A stretch of DNA of 64,000 bases from the NCBI RefSeq assembly GCF_001194135.2, contig NC_068994.1:53441758-53505757 (forward strand), given 5' to 3'. A program made the position numbers and the translations under genes. Source of the DNA: Octopus bimaculoides. Its lineage: Eukaryota. A model generated the notes under the pieces. That model did not search any database. It saw nothing but the letters and a program-made list of their open reading frames with translations, and was not told the DNA's origin. Positions 55,127 to 64,000 of this stretch are shown one piece after another (position 1 is the first letter of the stretch; each line of letters opens with the position of its first letter).

Positions 55127-55734
55127 CCACTGAATAAAAAAGAGAAGATGGTCATGGCTAGAATACCTTTTCTGACATAGACCTGCTGGATCAGAGCTGA
55201 GCTGAGTGTTCAGAGACAGTTACAGAATTTCCACATGTAAGTAAAAAAACCCATTTAGTCAAAATATGAATGACACTTGACCCCCTACAAGTAGTTATTT
55301 CATTCCTACTTCCTACAGTTCATCCGTTTTTGTGTTGTTTCAGAAATGAAAGCATATTTTGCAAATAATACTGTTCTGTGTGTATTTGTTTACATTTATG
55401 CTTTTCATTACTTCTTTCTTCTTGCTGAATAATTGATTATTCAGTGTCTTTTAATTACTTTGTTTGTTTTTTTTAAAGGGATCTTACCTAATTGTTATAC
55501 TGCACGTTCGGATGACCTCTACTCAACTACTATGATGTCTAGATTTCTCCCTCTATATCTACGTATTGGGCTAGCCTACTTCATCGTCTGGGGGTGTCGA
55601 CACAACACTAATATATGTACATTTAAGCATACATATACAAACATGAACATGCATGTATAAATACTGGAACACACAAACACACACACACGCACACATACAC
55701 ACACACATATACCGATGTGTGTGTGTCTTTGTGT

Positions 55735-55925
55735 CTGTGTTTGTCACACCTTCCACCACTTGACAACTGGTACGGATGTGTTTACTTAGCAGTTCAGCAA
55801 AAACAGACCGATAGAATAAGCACCAGTACTTTAAAAAAATTAAGTAATGGTGTTGATTCCTTTCTCTAAAATTCTTCAAGGTGGGGCCCCAGCATGGCTG
55901 CAGTCTAATGACTAAAACAAGTAAA
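55735..55925 (+). mobile_element. Common dispersed SINE-like repeat (cttgacaac...ccagcatggc family)
   Basis: Homologous copies at about 9985-10085 (+), 12540-12740 (-), 49270-49440 (-) and 57985-58150 (-). Confidence 0.65.
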
Positions 55926-56382
55926 AGATGTATAATTAAATAATTAAATGTAACAGGAGTAAATAAATTCTGCAACACTTGTACCATCCTTAACAGCCAC
56001 TTCAAATTATTGACCTTATCAACAAGCTGATAACTTGTGATTGGATTACTTGTCACATAGAAGTATGTTGATGTACATTACAAGCAACACGATTTATGAT
56101 TTCAGTAAACAGGAATTTTCTAAGTTCACGGGTCCTACTTCAGAGGAAACAACCACACTCTTTAGAATAATGGGAAGGGTAAGTGGGAAAGTACAGTCAT
56201 TGAAAAGTTGTGTCAATTTCTTGGTTCTCATTAGGCATTCCCAACAATGCTACTTGATCTACTCAAGATTATGCATACTATATTAATACAGAAGTATATG
56301 CACTGACAAACATAAATAAAAAAAAAAACAGGCTATTAAATATGCAGATGCACACACTGATACATACATACATAAACATATA

Positions 56383-56904
56383 TATTGGGTTATCCGATAA
56401 ATAATGCTTTTTTTTTTATAGTTCTTTATTTTTCAAAATTAAGATAAAGTTCTTCTTTAATCTAAAATATACTCTCATTCATTTTCTACAATGCTTTTCC
56501 ATCTATTTGGTAGACTTACAAGCTCCTCTTCCAAAATTCACCTGTCTGTGATGAAAAATACTCCTCCAGGACTGTTCTAACCTCATCTACAGAATTTATA
56601 TTTTTTCTGTCCAAATGATTTTGAAGACTGTGGAATAAATGATAACTTTCTGTTGTGTTGTTGCTTTTATTGAACTCATAAAGCAAAATATGCCAAATAT
56701 GCTCCTTTGTCACTTCCATTATAGCTTTGAAAAATTAACTGTTAAAATCGAACTGCACTCTTCAAAACTTGCACTAAGAATAAGGACAAGGTAAAATTAC
56801 TACCTGCTTTTATAGCAAGTTGATGTAGGTAGTTTATCCCATCTCCCTCTGACTTTTAGTTCATACAATTGATAAAACCTCATTGTTTATGGGATGATCC
56901 AATG
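56383..56904 (-). mobile_element. Internally deleted mariner element with TIRs
   Basis: TIRs tattgggttatccgataaa / tttatgggatgatccaat. Minus ORF MEVTKEHIWHILLYEFNKSNNTTES joined to YHLFHSLQNHLD...FWKRSL (mariner N-terminal HTH plus extreme C-terminus). Confidence 0.8.
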
Positions 56905-57882
56905 CACATGGCTATATTTATTGTATTATTATATATGTGCGCATATGTATTTGCATTATCCCGTCAGATAATTTTCACAATAGATGCCTTGGCAGACTTT
57001 CAGAACAGCCCATGCTCATAAATCGGATTTTCTTCATTTTTGATGGAAATTTTTCCAATTTTTTCCACCACAGCCCCATAAATGATAGAGGGAAGCTTTT
57101 TCTAAATATTTTTTTTTCAAATTTATGAATTCCTTGGTCACCACTTTCTAGAGCAATTTCGTTTGGTTTTTTTTTCTTTTTATTCATTTTTCTTATTCTT
57201 ATATGATTCACTTAAAAACAATAGGAGAGGTCTATTGGGGAAAATTTATGAATTTTTTTCAAACAATCCTCCCTCACTCAGTACCGATATTCACCAGTTC
57301 CTTTTGCACTATGCACTTATAAATTATAGGAGAAGGCTTGGAGATTGAAAAACAATTTTGGGGAAATTAGCTTTACAATCCCCACTTCCTTTATTTCCAN
57401 NNNNNNNNNNNNNNNNNNNNNNNNNNNNNNNNNNNNNNNNNNNNNNNNNNNNNNNNNNNNNNNNNNNNNNNNNNNNNNNNNNNNNNNNNNNNNNNNNNNN
57501 NNNNNNNNNNNNNNNNNNNNNNNNNNNNNNNNNNNNNNNNNNNNNNNNNNNNNNNNNNNNNNNNNNNNNNNNNNNNNNNNNNNNNNNNNNNNNNNNNNNN
57601 NNNNNNNNNNNNNNNNNNNNNNNNNNNNNNNNNNNNNNNNNNNNNNNNNNNNNNNNNNNNNNNNNNNNNNNNNNNNNNNNNNNNNNNNNNNNNNNNNNNN
57701 NNNNNNNNNNNNNNNNNNNNNNNNNNNNNNNNNNNNNNNNNNNNNNNNNNNNNNNNNNNNNNNNNNNNNNNNNNNNNNNNNNNNNNNNNNNNNNNNNNNN
57801 NNNNNNNNNNNNNNNNNNNNNNNNNNNNNNNNNNNNNNNNNNNNNNNNNNNNNNNNNNNNNNNNNNNNNNNNNNATATATGT

Positions 57883-57938
<56 letters not shown>

Positions 57939-58179
57939 GCACACACACACATATATATATACACACACATATAATATCCTTTTGTCATTTGATTGTGACC
58001 ATGCTGAAGCACCGCCTTTAGTTGAACAAATCAACCCCAGGACTTATTCTTTGTACGCTTAGTACTTATTCCCTCAGTCTTTTTTGCCAACCGCTAAGTT
58101 ACAGTGATGTAAACACACCAACATCGGTTGTCAAGCAATGGTGGGGGACAAACACAGACACATATACATATATATTCAT

Positions 58180-58461
58180 ACAAGATGAGAAAGGGCCAAT
58201 TTTTATCCCAAGTCATCAAAGACAAGAAGAAAGACCGTGCTACAAAGCTTTTGAACAAACTCAAGCATCTCCTCCAACTGAACATGCTTTGGGTTTTTTT
58301 CAGACAACAAAAATTTTTGTCAAGATCAGAACCGTTGGCTACCATGTCCCCAAAACATATACCGAAAGTGATGAAAATCAAACATCCAGTCAACATCATA
58401 GTGTTTGAAGGGATCACTCACTAGTGATGGTGACGTTATGCCTCCATTTATCTTCCCACAC
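58180..58461 (+). mobile_element. Tc1/mariner (maT-like) transposase fragment running into an N-gap
   Basis: KDRATKLLNKLKH..NMLW, VMKIKHPVNIIVFEGIT..DGDVMPPFIFPH; same family as 1898-2830. Confidence 0.75.
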
Positions 58462-58990
58462 NNNNNNNNNNNNNNNNNNNNNNNNNNNNNNNNNNNNNNN
58501 NNNNNNNNNNNNNNNNNNNNNNNNNNNNNNNNNNNNNNNNNNNNNNNNNNNNNNNNNNNNNNNNNNNNNNNNNNNNNNNNNNNNNNNNNNNNNNNNNNNN
58601 NNNNNNNNNNNNNNNNNNNNNNNNNNNNNNNNNNNNNNNNNNNNNNNNNNNNNNNNNNNNNNNNNNNNNNNNNNNNNNNNNNNNNNNNNNNNNNNNNNNN
58701 NNNNNNNNNNNNNNNNNNNNNNNNNNNNNNNNNNNNNNNNNNNNNNNNNNNNNNNNNNNNNNNNNNNNNNNNNNNNNNNNNNNNNNNNNNNNNNNNNNNN
58801 NNNNNNNNNNNNNNNNNNNNNNNNNNNNNNNNNNNNNNNNNNNNNNNNNNNNNNNNNNNNNNNNNNNNNNNNNNNNNNNNNNNNNNNNNNNNNNNNNNNN
58901 NNNNNNNNNNNNNNNNNNNNNNNNNNNNNNNNNNNNNNNNNNNNNNNNNNNNNNNNNNNNNNNNNNNNNNNNNNNNNNNNNNNNNNNNNN

Positions 58991-59041
<51 letters not shown>

Positions 59042-59436
59042 CACCAAATTTCACTCACAAAGTACTGCTCAACCCACAGCTAAAGTATTGGACACCAGCC
59101 AAAAGCCATCCATTCAGTGATTGTGAATCTGAAGATACATGGTTTCAGGCCAACAAGAAATTGTAACTAAATCTCTCTTAAATCACACCTTCACATCTCA
59201 AAAAGGCAAGGATACAGTTGACAATGCATTCCTAGTGGATAAAATGATGGGATAGTTAAACTTGATCAAAAATCTTCTCAATCAGGTTTGACACGGGGGT
59301 TAATTAACAACTAGTTTCTTTTTTTCTTTTTTCTGAGTTCAAAAATACATAAAGAATTTTTATGCTGTTTTGTCATTCCTTCCAAATGACAAATTCCTTG
59401 ATTTTAAAATGGCTTTAATTCAATAAATAAACCTAC

Positions 59437-59590
59437 CTATATTTTTTTCATGTTGTTTCTGTAACTCTTTCTCTTGTTGCAATAATGCTTGCTTATGTTC
59501 TTCAGTGATTTTTTCTTGAGCAGTCACATGAGCCAGCTGCAGTGCCTGTAAAGCCGACTGGTGGTCTCTTATCAATTTTGCCTCAAATTC
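59437..59590 (-). CDS. FAM184A: FAM184A-like internal exon (EFEAKLIRDHQ...QHEKNI)
   Basis: Not in the ORF track; read manually. Acceptor tttgcattttgcag, donor G/gtaggt; 154 nt, phase 0 to 1, open throughout. Confidence 0.82.
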
Positions 59591-59773
59591 CTGCAAAATG
59601 CAAATAAAAAATGTTCTTTAATTATTGTAGTGTAGATAACTGTACATAGACACAGCATGGTCAAATTGTTTAGATGTTTGCTCTGCAGTCACAAGGCTTT
59701 CATTGATTTGGGGTTATAGCAGAAGACACTTACCCCTAAGGTACTAGAAGTATTGGGGCATAATATTACGTAC

Positions 59774-59986
59774 CTGCATATCTTTTTTGTGAACCAAATG
59801 GATTTCGTTAATCGCAGTCTTCTGCAGCTCATTTAATCTTTCTGTTTCTTGTTTCAGTCTTTCATCAAAGGAAAGTGCATCACGTTCAAATTGGCCCTCC
59901 ATTAACCTGAACCGAGTTTTCTCTTCTTCAATTTGAATGGCACAACGGCTCACAGCATTGGACAGTTCACTTTGCAGTGAAAATAT
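59774..59986 (-). CDS. FAM184A: FAM184A-like internal exon (IFSLQSELS...HKKDMQ)
   Basis: Acceptor tctttttacaag, donor CAG/gtacgt; 213 nt, phase 0 to 0; coiled-coil. Confidence 0.82.
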
Positions 59987-61397
59987 CTTGTAAAAAGACA
60001 GATTAAAAAAAAGAGAACACATGAAGTTTCAGTGCTATTACCAAATTCAACAAGCTAAATTACACAATAACAATATATTTCAATGGTCACCACAGATCAT
60101 GGGACATGGTGATATTCTAACTTGAAGGAAGGTGGTGAGCTGGCAGAACTGTTAGCATGCCGGGCGAAATGCTTAGCAGTATTTCTTCTGCCACTATGTT
60201 CTGAGTTCAAAATCCTTTGAGGTTGACTATGCCTTTCATCCTTTTGGGGTCAATAAAGTAATGGGCTAGTGCTCTTCCCACAAATTTCAGGCCTTGTGCC
60301 TTTAATAGGAAGGATATTATAACCTGAAGGGTGTTCCAGTAACTATTGAGAGCTAACACTTTATTTACAAAGGCTTAATTATTGTTAGACGGCATAGTTT
60401 TAGACTGAACGATAGATTTCTCTAGACAGTTGATTCCAATTATGCTGATTGGGTCTTGAATACTCTGAGTCTCTTTTATTTAAGGTGTTATTTGTTGTAA
60501 TTAATAAATGATTTTTAAATGACATCTTTTTTGACATTACTCCATTTTATCAGAAGTTTGTTGATTCTCCTGCCTTTGAGATCCCAAATATATTGGGAGA
60601 GTAATGTTGCACAGATCTTGATTCTTTATATATGAAGGAGTGTACGAAAGAGTAAGATCCCAGAAATGCAGAGACAGAATCAATTCAAAAGCATTGTTCC
60701 AATACAACAAGGAAATAGAAATTAACAATATGCCAATAAACTATATTATTGTTAAAAATCTTTCATATGTTAACAAAGTACATAATCACATTGCAGAAAA
60801 TATATACATTTCCTCTTAAATTCCTGCAGTGCTTTCTCTCTATAAGCNNNNNNNNNNNNNNNNNNNNNNNNNNNNNNNNNNNNNNNNNNNNNNNNNNNNN
60901 NNNNNNNNNNNNNNNNNNNNNNNNNNNNNNNNNNNNNNNNNNNNNNNNNNNNNNNNNNNNNNNNNNNNNNNNNNNNNNNNNNNNNNNNNNNNNNNNNNNN
61001 NNNNNNNNNNNNNNNNNNNNNNNNNNNNNNNNNNNNNNNNNNNNNNNNNNNNNNNNNNNNNNNNNNNNNNNNNNNNNNNNNNNNNNNNNNNNNNNNNNNN
61101 NNNNNNNNNNNNNNNNNNNNNNNNNNNNNNNNNNNNNNNNNNNNNNNNNNNNNNNNNNNNNNNNNNNNNNNNNNNNNNNNNNNNNNNNNNNNNNNNNNNG
61201 TATAATCAATAATATAGTCATGCAGTAAGCTACAAGAACATGATTTGAGTCTTGTTTTTTGGTCTAATTTTGCTTCTTTTTTGCAAATGCCTGTTTATAA
61301 TGTCCATTATCACTGAATGTAAAGTTGTTGATTTTTTTTGTTTGAATTTTTTTGTGGGTTTTTTTTTGTGTCTGAAAACAAAAGTAAATTTAAATAC

Positions 61398-61548
61398 CTC
61401 TTGTTGTAACTGAGCAACTTTATCTTCCCATCCTTTACAGGCTGCTTTTATCTCTGCATCCTTATCATGAGACATTTGATCAAGGGCTTCTCGCTTTTCA
61501 GTTTCCTTCTGGACAATAACCAGCTCACGAACACGGTTGCATTCCAGT
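61398..61548 (-). CDS. FAM184A: FAM184A-like coiled-coil protein, internal exon (LECNRVRELV...KVAQLQQE)
   Basis: Acceptor tttacctttcag, donor GAG/gtattt; 151 nt, phase 2 to 0; E/K/Q-rich heptad character. Upstream exons not found inside the window. Confidence 0.8.
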
Positions 61549-62170
61549 CTGAAAGGTAAATGAAAAGCAAGCATTTAATACTAAGATGGCTAGGAACATA
61601 AAAGGTATCTTTTTGTTTCTTGTCTGTACTAAAATCTTCATCTCAATATAGATTTTATAAAAGATTCTTTTTCCTTCTTGGTATGACTTGGCAAAATGGA
61701 TAAAATGTTCAGTTAAATTTCCAAGACACACACACCACAGAGACTATGTACATTTATATGAAACCAATATCAAGCGGAACTAACAAAAGATTTCCTCTAT
61801 TAAAAAATATATTAATAATGTATTAAATTCAGCTTCCTGACAACCAGAACATTACCCAGTTCAAGTTATGTCAGTGACAATTATAGCTTCTCCTCCAAAC
61901 ATTACTGTGAAACTAAAGAAGCCAATTCTGCATTTCAAGACAATCACAAATGTTGGTTTAAGCCAATGTATATAGGTGCATATATGACTCTGAGGTTAAG
62001 GTGTTTGCTTCACAACAACATGTTTCCAGGTTCAATTCCAATGTGTGGTATCATGGACAAGTGGGTTTCTTTTTTTTTTACCATAACCTTGTGATGACCA
62101 ATAATTTGTGATAAAAATTTGGTAAATGGTAACTGTGCAGAAGCTCATCATGTGTAAGTATGTGTGTGTG

Positions 62171-62222
<52 letters not shown>

Positions 62223-62258
62223 TGTATATACTTATGCACAACATATATATGTACATTT

Positions 62259-62480
62259 ATATTGGGTCATCCCATAAATAATGAGGTATTTTTCAATTGC
62301 ATGAACCAAAAGTCAAAGGAGGATGGGATAAACTACCTGCATCAACTTGCTATAAAAGCATGTAATAATTTTACCTTGTACTTATTTTTTTGAAGAGTGC
62401 AGTTCGATTTTAGAAGTTACTTTTTCAAAGCTATAATGGAAGTGACAAAGAAGCATATACGGCATATTTTGTGCAGGGTA
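62259..62480 (+). mobile_element. 5' end of a mariner element (same family as 56383-56904)
   Basis: TIR tattgggtcatcccataaataatg; 62390-62480 is the reverse complement of 56686-56770 and encodes MEVTKKHIRHIL. Confidence 0.72.
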
Positions 62481-63967
62481 GGGGTAAATCCATGTCCGTA
62501 TCGAGAGTATTGATGATGTAAGCAAAGTAAAATGATGAAAGTTTGGTTTCAAATTTTGGGATCTTATTTCTACTTCATGCTTGAAGATCATTCACCATTA
62601 GATAATAAATATTGATTAGCGTAAAATAGTGCTGAGATACAAAGTGGATTAATAGGGTTTAATAAGGTGTGCAGTATTTTATTTTTAAGAGTTTAATGAG
62701 GAGGAAGGGACAATGCATTTGACTTTTGCAGTAGCCTCCAACAACTGATGCTCAATTTGAACATCAATGTCAGTGTCAAAATACAGGTAGGGAGGGAATT
62801 GCAAAGGGAGGGAAAGATTAGACAGAGCAGTCAGTAAGTGGAGACACAATATGGGTCTTGAGAGGAGGAGAAACAGGTGCGTAGGGTGAGTGTGGATGGA
62901 GATGGTATGCAAATAGCTAGTTCAGAAAAGTAGAATCTGTTGCAGTTTCAAATGGAATAGGGAGAGAAGAGACAGTTTGTCTGTGGGCCAGAAGGTATAG
63001 TATATCAGGGAGTCAGGTGCTTTTATTTTGGTTGAGGACAAGGATACTTGTATGTGCATGACAGGCATCATCAATCCAAATGTAGGACACAAGATTGTGC
63101 TGCAACTAAATGCTGCAAAGCATGTTATAACCTAGCACTCTACAGTTTCAACCACTTCACAGCCTCAATACATTAGGAGCCTCTATGTAATCACCTGACC
63201 AACCAGAAAGAACTACCAATTTTTCAAATCTCACCCAACTGTCTTTAAAAAGAAGGAAAAAACACACTGGATAATTTAACCCTAGGTACACTGTACACAA
63301 ACAAGGAGAAAGATCTTTTGTCAGGTCTGCATACAACACACACCAACAACATACCAATCAACATCATACTGATGCTCCCTCTCATGGACACATTATGCAG
63401 ACCCTTCCTTTCCAACACATAGACACAAACCTAGCTCCTGCTGTCCCTCACTTTACACACACACATATCTCAGACCATCCATCCTTCCCTACCACCATGA
63501 TTACCCCCACACATAACCCACCACCGATCTCACATTTCCCTTCATCACCACATGCCTCCCTGCTAAATATATTGTGAAAGACAACAATGGAAAACATAAG
63601 ATGGAAATGGAAATATTAATCCTCCAGCCCATCCCACCACTACAAAAAAACCTCATACTTTTTAACCCCTCAAATCACCATCCTTCCTTTCAGTAACATT
63701 TTCCTCCCTAATAATACAGAGGTCATAAGGTCGAGTTTCCACCACTCCTAAATGTATGTCATATACGCACATATATATATATATACACACACACACTTCT
63801 ACAAAGTCATGACTGGCTGAGAAGCTCACTTCCAAACCACATAGTTTCACATTCAATTGTACTATGCGACATCTTGGGTAAGTGTTTTTACTACAGTTCT
63901 AAGCTGGACAAAGTCTTGAGGGTGAATTTGGTAAAGAGAAACCGAAAGTTTGTCATATGCACATATA

Positions 63968-64000
<33 letters not shown>

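Noticed and set aside
62685-62912. Possible further upstream FAM184A-like exon
   Set aside because: No good acceptor/donor pair and not coiled-coil-like; more likely decayed retroelement sequence.

Overview
AT-rich, microsatellite-dense eukaryotic DNA with 11 N-gaps. The repeat landscape (tRNA-derived SINEs, Tc1/mariner, L1/Tx1, Penelope-like remnants, (TA)n/(CA)n) suggests a coleoid cephalopod, probably Octopus; this is inference, not a database match. Two protein-coding genes are supported. (1) A class A neuropeptide GPCR of the myosuppressin/DmsR (FMRFamide/sex-peptide receptor-related) group, with an intronless CDS at 6204-7445 (+). (2) The 3' part of a FAM184A-like coiled-coil gene on the minus strand: eight exons from 61548 to a stop at 46492, with canonical phase-compatible splice sites, one exon running into an N-gap. 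The ~38 kb between them holds no convincing host exon, and almost all other ORF-track entries are microsatellite, gap or transposon artefacts. No rRNA, true tRNA or CRISPR array was seen. The best leads are: a tRNA-headed SINE-like element carrying a Penelope-type minimal hammerhead ribozyme in an inverted duplication (23.85-24.25 kb); a tandem copy of the GPCR C-terminal tail that differs mostly by synonymous changes and can be spliced in frame as an alternative last exon (7730-7833); a degenerate 24-bp array that flips orientation next to an L1/Tx1 ORF1 (37.76-38.41 kb); and an inverted SINE pair downstream of the FAM184A-like stop, a candidate ADAR substrate.
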